Part shown: in pieces, positions 24,657 to 37,600 of the stretch
Position numbering within the stretch: the first letter of the stretch is position 1
Layout of the letters: every line of letters starts with the position of its first letter
Source: Strigamia acuminata
Lineage: Eukaryota
Assembly (NCBI GenBank): GCA_949358305.1
Contig: OX442314.1
Span: 21,762,001-21,826,000 of the forward strand
Direction of reading: 5' to 3'
DNA: 64,000 nt
Notes under the pieces: model-generated
What the model was told of the DNA's origin: nothing
Databases searched by the model: none
Seen by the model: the letters and a program-made list of their open reading frames with translations, nothing else
Position numbers and translations under genes: made by a program

Positions 24657-27168
24657 ATGGCAGCACGGCCGAACAGACGAATCGCGCTTGGAAAGTAAGT
24701 TCATTTTTGTCCTTTTATTTTACTGCAGGAAATACAAATTTTGCTGGAATGTGTATAAAATTCCAAATTTTATAAGAAATTTCACCATTTCCACGTAATA
24801 GCCTTGAAAAATTGCACAATATAAAATGCAAAAAATAAAGAAAACGTTTATTTTTATATGTAGAAATATTTGAAAACATTTTCTGTTGGTTCCCATTTAT
24901 TTATTACTTTTCTATTGTAAACACTGCTTGAAAAGCTTGATGCACAGTTAAGTAATTCACAAATTACCCTTAATGCAATTACTGTGCAATAGTCGTGGCT
25001 TTATGAGATTGACATCAAAATGGGACTTTTATTTATTAATGAAGCTAAATTAGATAAATTACGGCATTAAAAAAAAATCTCTATTTATCATACTTATGTC
25101 TGCGTTTTTCAACCCATCAAAATAATAAGATTTTTAATTGGGAGAAGTAAAAAACAAAATAAAAGTTTCAATGCCCCTTATTTAGGCTACCACACAGATC
25201 TGATTTTTAAAAAATAAATTTCATATTTATTATAAAAGACAAAAGAAAAATATCTATTTCAAATTAAACAAAAGAATTGTTTACGAAATTCTGATGTAAA
25301 AATTTTCAAGGTTTTAGTGAAACGAAAATCGACCATAATAGACGATAGTCAAGGTTAAGCACATTTGGTTAAAATTTAGTCAAGCAGGAAATGACCTTTC
25401 ATTTCTAATTTTATTTGAAGTAAATTAAGAATAAAATTTTTAAAATAAAAAATAAAATAAAAAATAAAAAAATTCCAGATTTTCTTTTCTACCTTTTTAT
25501 CCCGTCACAAAAAGCTCATTATTATTTCGCGCACGCCATTATGATGTTTTTCTATTTCTTTTTTTAAACACCGCGTCCTAAATTCTTTACTTAGTATTTC
25601 ATCGCATCAAATGCCAACTCAATTTCATCTCATCTTTTTACAGACCGCTTTCGTTTAGTATGTCAGTCTTTTCTTTCGTAACACCTTCAAAAGTACAGAG
25701 AATTTCCTATCAAAACTGCAAAAAACAGCTGTCAGAAGCATTACAATCCAATAGTCATTTTGAAGATGGATCTCTATTACAAACAATGGAAAAAGGAGGT
25801 ACGTATGTACTAGAACTATGAAGCAACCGTATTTCAATCGGAGATCTTTATCACACGTGTTGCTGCTGTTGCAAGTGAATAAACGATATTTAAAGTCAAT
25901 ATTTATCTCATTTCTAACTACCTGAACCCTCTTCCCACAAAATTCGCTTAATTTAATGTAAATTTATCATTTATCGTGCCTTTTTTGTGCAAAATTTAGG
26001 TTAGTTGCACAGTATTGCAATAAATTTGTTGTGTATAGTCAGTCACGCTTTTTCTATGTTATTAACTGTTTTTATATTTGTTTAATTTATTATTTAGTAT
26101 AACTAATAAAGCTTGACAGATTAGAATTCATAAAAAGTATGCAGGTTGATTAAACTTTGTGTTTAATTACTATATTTTTCCAGTTTTATATCCTATAATT
26201 CACATGATGCCATGTTATGACCTATTAGATGATTGCAACCTGTTGCAAGCTGATGCCCTTGGAAATGATTTTGTGCTGCATCAAGGTAAGTGAATTTAAT
26301 AACCATAATTAGTATGTTAATTCAGATAACAATAATTCACCCCATGTTAAAATTCATTAAAGAAGCGACGAGGCGCTAATTTTAATTCAAACTTATAATA
26401 CTATCAGTATTAAAATGAAAAAATAAGCCTTTTTTACAAAAATAATAAAAAAGCAGAACTTTAGCAGACTAAATTCGTAAACTCATGCTTAGCTTGCAGT
26501 TAAATGTCGTGCGCATGCCCATTGCGACTGAAAACAGACTTAATTGGCCGCCATTTTAGTCTAAATTAATCTACGAATGCGCCTACTACATAAAATCATA
26601 TTTTTCAGGTTTATATAAACAAATTCGACACATTGGTACAGATGAAGCCCTAGTCAATTTCAAAGTCGAAGACTCAACACTTTATAGCCAAGGAGCAGCC
26701 AGCACTTTTATTCTTATTGGCTACAAGGGATTACAGTGTTGTCTGCAAGATGTCTTGGAAGATACATGGAAAGACTGGACGGGTGCTAGATACCTATACC
26801 TCAACATTCCAACATCATTTAACATTGGACGTATTGTCTTATATCGGCGAGTTATTCCATCCGACGTGACTCTCTTCACTTACATCCTACTCACAGAATG
26901 CACAAACGTTGAGCAAACCAAACAAGTAGAAATATAATCGCATTTAATACCGATCATCTAACTAATAAAATGTTTCATCCACGATTAGGCTTGCCTGCTC
27001 GACTTTATTCAACGTTTTAGAGCGCAACGCATGCAAGGATTTCTGTCCGTTTACCAAAAAGGATGCGCAGATAATTCTCTGGATTCCCCATCAGAGTCCC
27101 GCAGTGCAACCAGCTGCAGCAATGGCAGCCGTGAAGTGCAAAGTGGTTTTAAGTTATTTGATTTCTGA
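24657..27168 (+). CDS. Uncharacterised 263-aa protein (exons 24657-24694, 25644-25798, 26184-26285, 26609-26925, 26989-27168)
   Basis: Five exons with GT-AG sites in matching phases (2,1,1,0) give a 792-nt stop-free CDS: MAARPNRRIALGKPLSFSM...LEDTWKDWTGARYLY...FTYILLTEC...LDFIQRFR..GFLSVY...LFDF*. Confidence 0.8.
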
Positions 27169-27829
27169 TGTCTTTGTTTGACATTTCAATCGATTTAGCT
27201 AGTCATAGGTAGTCAGAACGTTTTTCTTTTTGTTTTGTTTTAATCTTTACAAAGCATATAAATTCATGTATTTGATACACATTTATACTTAAGTTCGAGT
27301 ACACAAAAAAGTCATTAAACCGCTTGAATTTTTCAGGAAAGTTGTCTTTTGAATAACACCGGATCTGCACAAATTCAACAGGTTTTAGTGACACGCAGCC
27401 GTAGACTTGAGCGAGGTTATTTAACATATTCAAAGCGTTCTATCAAGTGCGCCAAATCAGCATTTCCGTGTGAATGCATTCGAGACATTTAAATTATTTC
27501 CTCGGCACGCCCTAGAAATGGCCAATTTTCAGTAAAACCGTGTGGAACAATGTCAATGTTGGTTTGCTAACCTTTGTAGGTGCTTTTCCCGTCATGTTTG
27601 TAATCAGGAAATTCATATGATGTCTTCACGGTTCGTACGATTGTTACCCATTGCTTGATGTCACCAGGCATTAACGTTGTGTACATATACTGCATATTAG
27701 AAAAGTTATTTTCATCATTATATCGCTTGAAAAGAGAATTTTCGAAAAATAAATGCAAGATCGGCATTCAAGCAAATCATGCCATGTGTATAGAGTCTGG
27801 CTGATTTACAGTGATTTGCGTGCACTTCA

Positions 27830-28200
27830 AATGATTTCTAGTTGATTTCTAGTTGATTTCTAATTATTTCTAATGATTTCTAATTGATTTCTACCGGTAA
27901 TTGATTTTTATTGATTTCTAATTGATTTTCATTGATTTCTAATTGATTTTCATTGATTTCTAATTGATTTTCATTGATTTCTAATTGATTTTCATTGATT
28001 TCTAATTGATTTTCATTGATTTCTAATTGATTTTCATTGATTTCTAATTGATTTTCATTGATTTCTAATTGATTTTCATTGATTTCTAATTGATTTTCAT
28101 TGATTTCTAATTGATTTTCATTGATTTCTAATTGATTTTCATTGATTTCTAATTGATTTTCATTGATTTCTAGTCGTTTCAAGTGGTTTCTAACCGATTT
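27830..28200. repeat. 21-bp minisatellite (TTGATTTTCATTGATTTCTAA), about 13 units with degenerate flanks
   Basis: Direct tandem repeat inside an intron of the EXT2 pseudogene. Confidence 0.95.
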
Positions 28201-28720
28201 TCAATTATTACTAACAGATTTTAGGTCATTTCTAACCGGTGTTCAGTGGTATCTAACCTATTTTCAACTAATTCTAGTCGATTTTCTGTGACGTCTAGTC
28301 TTGATTTTAGTGATATAAATACAAAAAATTCGATGTACTTCCCAACACCAAATTAACATTTTTAAAAATCGTAAAAATTATATACATTAACTGATTTTAG
28401 TCAAAATAACACATTTTCTACCCTATTTTTACATAAAAATTTTCTGTTAACCATAAATTCTCCCTGCTGGTTAATAATAATTAATCACCTCATGACAAAA
28501 TGCAGCATCATCAAGACCATCCATAATTCGCTCGTCTACTCGTACTCGTACTTCAATCTCTGTGTTACACAATCACAAATAGACTTGCAATGGATATCCA
28601 AAAATGCGATCGGGGAATTCACTCCACACTTCGAACCAAATTTCTAATTTTCATCTGTTAACATAATGTTGTCATCAGCAATCGGTGGAATAGCTTCGGT
28701 TTCAATCTCCTCGTAAGGTA

Positions 28721-30431
28721 CGACTCCTTTTCATAAGTTTAGAAAAAAAATTAAAAATTGCTGAGATCAAACTTTATGACCACAGAACTTAGAATTGAGA
28801 GAAGTTAGCACCCAGATTTTTATACAGTGTTATAAAATGGTTTAAAAGGAAGAAATTTATCTAAAAAGTAATCTGTGAGAAGCTTTATTTTTTTTTTCGC
28901 GACTAGGTTTAAAATTAACACTCGTTTCATAAGTTTAGAAAACGGTCAAAACCGTTTCATAAGTTTAGAAAATTCGTTCCGAAAACGGCAAATTCGTGCA
29001 AATTACGTCAGATTCGTGCCAATAATGTTACACTTAAGTGCTGATATATAAGCAAACGTGTTTTTGATTGATTTCATTAGCTGCTAAAGTTTTAATCACA
29101 CGAACATGGGGAAAGGAAAAGAACTGACACGTGACGAAAAGATTCGAATTTTGCAACTCCGTAACGATGGAATGAAACTCAAAAACATTGCTGCTATTGT
29201 TAATCGATCTACATCTAGCATTCCCAAATGCTTAAATCGAATAAAAGGTGCTAAAAACGAATAGGCAGACCCCTGATGACTGTCAAACGCAAAATTGTTG
29301 CTTTGAAAAAACTTATGGCAGGGAGCATTATCCTGCTGATAAATGAAATTATCATCAGGATGTAGTGTTTCAATGCTTGGAATGAGAAATTGATCCATTA
29401 TTTCAATGTAAATATCAGAATTAACACGCCCAGTAACAATGCACAGCTCACCGACACCACGAGAAGACATGCAGTCATGCACCCCCAAATCATGACTTTT
29501 GTCGGAAATTTCACAGAGGATTTCGTACCCCCAGGTTTGAATTGTTCACCACGACGACATATTACACGTACACTCTGGTCACCAAAATTAAGACAGAACA
29601 TTGATTCATCGCTCCATATGACATTATTCCATTGTTCGTCACTCCAATTCAAATGTTCACGGTTCATGATTTGGGGGTGCATGTCTTCTCGTGGTGTCTG
29701 TGAGCTGTGCATTGTTACTGGGCGTGTTAATTCTGATATTTACATTGAAATAATGGATCAATTTCTCATTCCAAGCATTGAAACACTACATCCTGATGAT
29801 AATTTCATTTATCAGCAGGATAATGCTCCCTGCCATAAGTTTTTTCAAAGCAACAATTTTGCGTTTGACAGTCATCAGGGGTCTGCCTATTCGTTTTTTA
29901 GCACCTTTTATTCGATTTAAGCATTTGGAAATGCTAGATGTAGATCGATTAACAATAGCAGCAATGTTTTTGAGTTTCATCCCATCGTTACGGAGTTGCA
30001 AAATTCGAATCTTTTCGTCACGTGTCAGTTCTTTTCCTTTCCCCATGTTCGTGTGATTAAAACTTTAGCAGCTAATGAAATCAATCAAAAACATGTTTGC
30101 TTATATATCAGCACTTAAGTGTAACATTATTGGCACGAATCTGACGTAATTTGCACGAATTTGCCGTTTTCGGAACGAATTTTCTAAACTTATGAAACGG
30201 TTTTGACCGTTTTCTAAACTTATGAAACGAGTGTTAATTTTAAACCTAGTCGCGAAAAAAAAAATAAAGCTTCTCACAGATTACTTTTTAGATAAATTTC
30301 TTCCTTTTAAACCATTTTATAACACTGTATAAAAATCTGGGTGCTAACTTCTCTCAATTCTAAGTTCTGCGGTCATAAAGTTTGATCGCAGCAATTTTTA
30401 ATTTTTTTTCTAAACTTATGAAAAGGAGTCG
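28721..30431. mobile_element. Palindromic (foldback) defective Tc1-family transposon, 1711 bp
   Basis: TA at both sides (28719-20, 30432-33); termini CGACTCCTTTTCATAAGTTTAGAAA. Arms 28721-29495 and 29664-30431 are near-perfect reverse complements. Tc1 motifs: HTH ending in GRP, VIWSDES, VMIWGCM, QQDNAPCH. Confidence 0.95.
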
Positions 30432-31634
30432 TAAAAAACGATTGCTCAGTTCGTTTTCTTCACTTTCAAGGGCTTGTTTATTTCAGGCCACACAGACGCT
30501 GCAAAACCATAATCCCGAGTTTTAAATAAATACAAAAATTTACAGCCGTTTGTTTGTACCTGGTGGAAAACCTTTACTATGATTGCTCCAAACAACCAAC
30601 ATCTTGGTTAAATTAGGTGATTTGATTTTATTTGATGCGATCAAGCCTGCAAATGATAAAATGAGTAAAAAATAAGTCAAAATACAATTTAATTTTTTTG
30701 TTTTAATTACTGTATTACGGCGTTCATCCCAGTGCGATTTTGGTTTGGCTGAACATGAAAAAAATCGATTTAATCGATTTAAAATGCGATTCGGACAGAA
30801 ATGTAACTTGTGTACACATTTCCACAATCCTTTCATCAGAAGTGTTATCAATGTAGACATTATACATTATACTATTTAATTTTACACGGAAATGTAAAAT
30901 TTAAAATAATGCATTCAATTAGGTATACATATTATTGTAAATGGATTAAACAGCGGTCTACTGATGTCAAATCTGCTTCGGTAAGTCCAAGACGAAAATG
31001 CTCCGCGTTTAAGTGAGGAACATCGGGACGAGTAACAGTTAACATATTGAAGGTCACAAGATTGACTCCACGATGCCAACTAAGATTTTTATAAATAAAA
31101 TAAAATCAAAATTAATCAAAGCAGTCTGACGGTGATTATTTCATACTTACAGTGGCAACCTTTGTATCTTGAAAAGTGAGCATAAACTGTTATTTTGTAC
31201 TCTTTTAACCGTCCACTGCCTTAAAAATCATCATACAAATCAATGTAAACACAAATGGCTGCAGCCAACGCCGCCATTTGCAAATCTGCGAAACTATTAA
31301 TTTTTTTAAATGCTTAAAAAAGTTTTAAAAAATAAAAATAAAATTATAAATAATACCTGACTTTTCCTTTTAAAATATTTGTAATTTAATAAGAATTGTT
31401 TTTGTCAATTTTGACTAATATTTATTCTAACCAATCAAATGTGTGCAGAAAATATTGGCTGGGGCCGTGAATTACGCATGTGGAGCGGCTGCACTGCAAT
31501 TCACTTCGGGTTTGGGCTTCAGAGGCTGTAGCGAAGGGCTGGCGATAGAGATGTAGTCGGACGGCATCGATGAAAATTATTGGGCACAATGAAAACACGA
31601 AGTTCCAGTTGATATAGTCCGGAATTGAAGGAAG

Positions 31635-34600
31635 ATGCCCGGGATTGTCGTTTTCAACCGGCGATGGTCGGTTGGCTCCGACGATTTGGTTGTGCCTGGT
31701 GTGTTTTTACTCGTCATGCATACTATTTGGTAAGTGTTTTGAGTTATTTTTATTTTTATTTTTTGGCAAAAAACAACCAACTTTTACGTTGTGCACTGCT
31801 CTAATTGTTACACACGTAAAGTGAATGAAAAATTGGCCAAATTCTTCATCTTTTCAACCTGTATCAATGAGAATGGAATTCAATTTATTTATTTATTTAT
31901 TTTCAAATTATTTTTGATAAGAAAAGTAATATTTTGATCAGACAATTTATCTGTTTAGCATCTGTGTTGCTGGTTTCTAGTAATGATAGGTAATTATCAT
32001 TATCTGCGAGTTCGGTAAATTAAATAACACAAAACGCTCACAAAAACTCATATAGAAACTTGAATTTTCAGTGAAAAACAGAAAAAAAAAATCCTTAAAT
32101 CGATTAATTTGACATAAAAAACACAGTTGACAAACAAGATTAAATTTCTACTTTAAAAATTATTGCATCATATTTTCAATTTAAAAAAATAAAAATAGAA
32201 AAATAAATAAATAAATAAAAAAAAAAAACTTTGGTGGGATGAAATTTCTACCAATTAAGTTGTGGAAATTGTGCTTTGCAATTTAGCTTGTATGTTTTGA
32301 TACTACATCTATTTGATATTTTCATTGCTAATCAGCAATTGCATGACTCATTTTCATCCCCATATAAAAATCCTTACGCCCACATAACACTTTAGGAGGG
32401 GGAAATGGGTGATGCCATTGCGTAGGGTAGGGTATTCAAAAAGATACTTTTCCAATTTCACCTCAATTTCCATCGACCTTTACGTAAGTGTTAGGTAGTC
32501 ATACGATCAGCTGGAAATGTAATTTAAAATGTCTTGGTTCTTCGCTGTAAAGTGGCTTAATAAAACGAGAATTCTCAAGAATAAAGCGAGCTAAAATAGC
32601 AACGTATTGCACTCACTTTAAATACTTAGCGCCCGTTTTTAATATGCTCCGGCTACGCGTAGTTACAGACGTTTAAACTTAAAAGGTCTGCACGTAAATG
32701 CTAGTTATGGCGCTGTCTGTAGTGAGGGACCAAGTCGGTAACTGGGTACTTAAAAACATATTTAGAATACATCTAACATGTGCTGTTGGAATGTCACCCA
32801 AACAAACATAGAATACTTAAAATCTGAGTACTTGTTTGTCTCTTGTCTCTAATTTTCGCTTGGAAACTGAACGAATTAGAGGGTTTACGGTAGTTATTTC
32901 GATATTGTATAAGAAGTGCCACTTGTTTTCGGTAGAAAACCAATAGATCAATGAAAAAACATGGAAAAATCCGTTCAATTTTTAATAATTGCAGAATTTT
33001 AAAATGCGTTTAATTTTTAATGAATGCAGGATTTTTTTGAAAATGTTTTGAGAAATTTGATTAATTTTCGACGAATTCTGTAGGAAAAAGTGAAATTTTA
33101 AAATTTTACCGATATCCTTGTTGCATTTTTTTTACGTTAAATTTACTTCTCAGAAGTAATGAAGACTTTTATTAGGACTTTTTACACGCAATAGTAAATT
33201 TTCTGTTCATTGTTCTTATCTTGTAAAGTTCTTATCAGTGAGCGCGCAGAAATTCACTCCATTTTGAAATATATTAATTAAAAACACCTCTGCACATTTT
33301 TCTAATGAAATTTTCTAATAAAAGCAATTCTTGAGTGCAAATAAAAGGATTGATGTGGTTTGATCGAGGAAGATGGACCAAACCAATTGAGTTGAGTGCA
33401 AATTAATCAGTTTAATGAATTTTGATGGGTACTTTTGATTTCAAGGGATCGTCAATATTGCCTAAAGTTTTCCTCACATGCTAAATGTCAATATGTCATT
33501 TTAAGTTAAATGTGTTTTAGAATTCACAACGTCCTGATACTCGCTCTAGTGCATTAGAAGTCAAACATTAGCGGAAATTTACGTGTAAATGATTCTGTTT
33601 TATCACCTAGAGGAGTCGGAAGTACTAACAACTCCTCCTATCAACATTGCACATTTAAAAAACCTACTAAGAGTAACCCTTTGTACCCCGATGATGGATT
33701 TTGTGCTTTCCATTTAGCTTTCATTGGTTTTATCAATAAGGGTTAGATTAGATGTGTTTCTGTTTACATCAACATCCAAATAGTGTTTCTTTAATTAGTT
33801 ACAGCAATAAAAAAATTTATTTTTATTTTTAATTTATTTTGGAAATTGAATATACTGTTTACATATTTCAAAATTACTTCAATTTTTTTTTTTTTGCTTT
33901 TTTGGAATAGAAAATAGAGAATGAATTGAAAGAATTTCTGATTGGATACTTGGACTCAATTTCAAAAAGTATCAAAAACATGCTATTATCATTAAGCATA
34001 TATACCAAAATTTTATATTTTTTTTTTTTCAAAATCCAATGATAAAAAAAAATAAAAATAATATTTTTCAGCCATAAGTTGTGAAAACAAGCTGTAATTA
34101 GGGAAATAAAAAATGAAGGCCTATCGACTGCCAGTCAAGTTGTCTCAAGCTCCTGTGGGTAACCACCAAGGGATTAGGCAAACAAACTTTGACAGACATT
34201 GTCTTCTATCTTGTTGTTGTGAACAAAGCTTCTGTCAGGCGCATGTATATTGTTTATTACTAATTAACATTCTAGGCTTTAATGGCGGATTCGTATTTCA
34301 CACATACACAACGTTCTTTGTGACGACAAACCGCAATTGGAGCAAAAAGGCCTAAAAGACCGCGCATGTAAGATAAGGGGGCTACAATGGAATCTCGTTC
34401 CAACGAAGACCGTAAAAATAACTTGGTTTTATCGAGAAGCAATTACATGGAGTGGTCTATGAATTGCCAACCGCGAAATTCCGCTACAACGAAAAAATTA
34501 GTGACATTGGAGTTTGGTGTAACGGGATTCTACTGTGATGTCTAAGCCTAATCTCGGTAAGAAGTACGTGTAAAGACTGGAGCTGGTCGCAATGCTTCCA

Positions 34601-37600
34601 CTTGGCACCCATATCAAAGTAACCTAGGATTTGCAATGCAACCAGCTGCACACACACGAGCAACACTCATAATTTGTTTAGAGTATATTCTTAGAATAAA
34701 AAATAAATACATATTAGCATTTGGATTCACTTGTCGAAGTGAATCCACATTTTTTTTTTGTATTTTAGTTTTTTTTTACATTTTGGCACGTGTTAGATGG
34801 TGCAAATTGTTCTTTTCATTTAATCCAAAGATAGGAATGATGCCTTTAGTGTTTATTAGCACGTTTGAATTGTTTTTAATTAGGTTGGAAATCGATGAGT
34901 TTCACACTCACAACTGCACAGCACGCAAAGGTGTGCAGTGAAGCATTGAAAAGTCGAAAATATGTAATTGATTACAAAGCCCATTGCAGATGGGAATTGC
35001 TTGCAGATACAAACGAAAACAAAAAATGGTAATATAGGGTGAAAAAGACAATTTTTTTCATTGTCGGTGGATGGAAGACAAACGAAAAACATGGTTTTCT
35101 TTTCCTGTGGGGAATTTAAAGCTATCGACCTGTCGAGCAACATATTGCAGCTTAAAGGACTCTTGACGAATACAGATAAAATATCCAAAGACTTGTATCG
35201 TGTTGACAAGCTTAAAAACTCATATTTTCACGTATCTCTGATACAGTAAATCAAATATTTAATCAAAACCAAATCAATTTCCACTATTTGGTGTGTTGCA
35301 ACATTGGTCACTATGTTTGCTTGGAGCTTTCTGCATGATAACTTGTATGGATTTGAGCATGATGTTGTTTGCACACATAGAAAAGGAAACAAACTGCATG
35401 TTTAACAACCTAAAATTGTGTTATTTATGGATTCTATTCAGCCATTGGAGAATATATAGGCGAATAAATGTTCTGTTTGCATTTATTGTCATATTTTACG
35501 GTTTGAATAGTTCTCTAAAGACTTTAAACTGTTTGGAGTTTTTTCCTGCCTCGCGTCAGTCTGATTTTACGTGCTTTCTAGCAAACAGATCAATCTAAAT
35601 AGAGTTTGAAAACGTGCCCACACATAAATTCTCATCAATAGCAAATCATTAAATCACCGAACTGCAAATTAAACTTGTAAAGCATCCTTCTTGTTCTTGT
35701 TCACTTAAGACAGATAAGTGAGATAAATGGAACTTTTTAAAACCTGGATTTAAAAAAGTCCCAAAACTTGCATTACACTAATCCAATTGATCTAAAATGA
35801 TGCCGGTTACGGACTGCTTGTAAATATTGCTCCTATACTATTATTTGCAGTGTTGCAGCTATGTCTATATGACAGACCACTAACATATGTTTTTGTGTTG
35901 TTAACCTCGCCAAACCTACCAACTAATCAGCGTTCTTTCACACATGTTACACACGTGGTCTGTTTTTGACATAGACACGGGCATTTATAAGTCTTTTAGT
36001 GTATTTATTACTAAGCACGAGCCATTTTCTAATTTTTTTTTATAAAAAAATTGTACTTCGTAAAATATATTTTTTAAGAGAAATATTTTAATATCAAAGA
36101 GTGTAGAGAAAAACAGGTAAATTAAATTAACACTGAGCCTTGAAGTTAATTTCTGTATCTGCAGCTGTAATTAAAAAACAGGAATTTTTTTTTTAAAAGA
36201 AATATTTAATTTAATTAAAAATAAATTTTTTAAGCTTCAGCAAACATGTAAGATTTATACCATGCTGGTCTTTTCAGTTTTTCTCTCTCAGATTGTGATG
36301 TGATGATAAATTGGATCCATAAAAGCAATCACAACATGAGAGGAATTAGAATTTACAATTGAAGAATCCTGCATCACATGCAACATTAACCTCCATCAAT
36401 ATCAATTATTGAAATCAATTACCCAAAACCAAGAAAACAATTTTAAGAGAGATTTTACCATGTTAGATAATTTGTTTCGTAAGGAATTACACATTTTATG
36501 CTATACTTCTCCTTTTAATTTAACAGATACTTGCATTGGAACAGAGACTTACTTTCCTAGAGACGGTAAAATTAAAGATCTTATGAGCAGTTTTAAAATG
36601 TTAAGCTTAAACAAATTAAAAGCATTAAATGCGATTAAATTCGCTTCCCTGCACGGTCCACGTGTGTTGATGCAAAATCACCTTCAAGCTCATGTATCAT
36701 TTTCGAATTTTTGAAAAATTGATTATTTTTTTTTTCAATTTTGATTTAACGCGGTTAACTTATCACGAGGTATGAGTTTGAACAGCAGGTTTGCTTCAGA
36801 GATAACAGATGGTAGTGGTGAAGCCGCTGATTTGTTGTGAGAATCACCGGCACTATATTTCATGTACTTGCGTACTCATTTGTCAAGGCAATAACAGGAT
36901 GGTGTGAAGTGGAATTATATAGGACATCTTAACTAAATCTTGATTGATATCGGTGCTTGAGTGCTATTAGTTCTAATTTTAACTCTCAGGGTTCAGTATG
37001 CGTCGGTTTTTAAAGGTTAAATGCAGAAGTAGACGAAAATATAAACAAAGGCTGAATTTATGGCCAGTACAAATTGATTCGAGGCAAGGCAAGGCAAAAA
37101 CAATTGTCTTTATTTTTCTTTTTATTTGAGTTTAGTGATACTAAAGTGTAGTTTCATTTAAAACCTGAAATCAATCATGTGTTGCCACAGAAACAAATGC
37201 AATTAACTCAAATGTCGTCACGTTAAACTGACACGATTGGAACTGTTGACTTTTGGATTGCAAGAAGACAGTGTGCAGTAAAATGTGGTTTTAGACGGAA
37301 AAAAATAATTTTGGTAACATGAATATATTTTTAAAACACTTGGAAATTTATATTCTGTGCGATGAATCGATTTTTTAAGAAAAAATTGCTATGCGAGTAG
37401 CAGGTAGTAATTAATTAGCCACGTGAAGATGGATTTAACCTAACGTGACATGACTATTTCATTACTTTATGCAAATTAGCTCAAATTACTTTTAAAAAAT
37501 AATTAATAACATGGGAGACGGAGTTTACAAAAAAAATGCAGTACACTTGATACTGGCAGTTTTTGTCTTTATTTTTTTTTTTTGGCATTTAAAACTCGGG

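Larger units (their letters stand above)
27310..31270 (-). pseudogene. EXT2: Exostosin-2 unprocessed pseudogene
   Basis: EXT2-like segments in the correct order: WHRGVNLVTFNML, AFSSWTYRSRFDIS, KMLVVWSNHSKGFPPASVWPEINKPLKV, LSNRFL|PYEEIETEA..ADDNIML, YMYTTLMPGDIKQWV, FKCLEC, KDNFPEKFKRF. Contains stops, frameshifts and deletions; introns are retained. Confidence 0.88.

Noticed and set aside
18700..26560. Recurring (G)CCGCCATTTT YY1-like motifs
   Set aside because: Scattered and mostly intronic; cannot be distinguished from repeat debris.
27880..28182. (LEINENQ)n ORF, or CRISPR-like array
   Set aside because: Translation of a 21-bp intronic minisatellite; there are no spacers.
29096..30056. 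Overlapping ORFs on both strands as separate genes or an active transposase
   Set aside because: They are products of the palindrome; there is no complete DD34E frame.
31219..31277. Minus-strand ATGGCGGCG as a gene start
   Set aside because: Stops after 18 codons and lies in the EXT2 pseudogene remnant.
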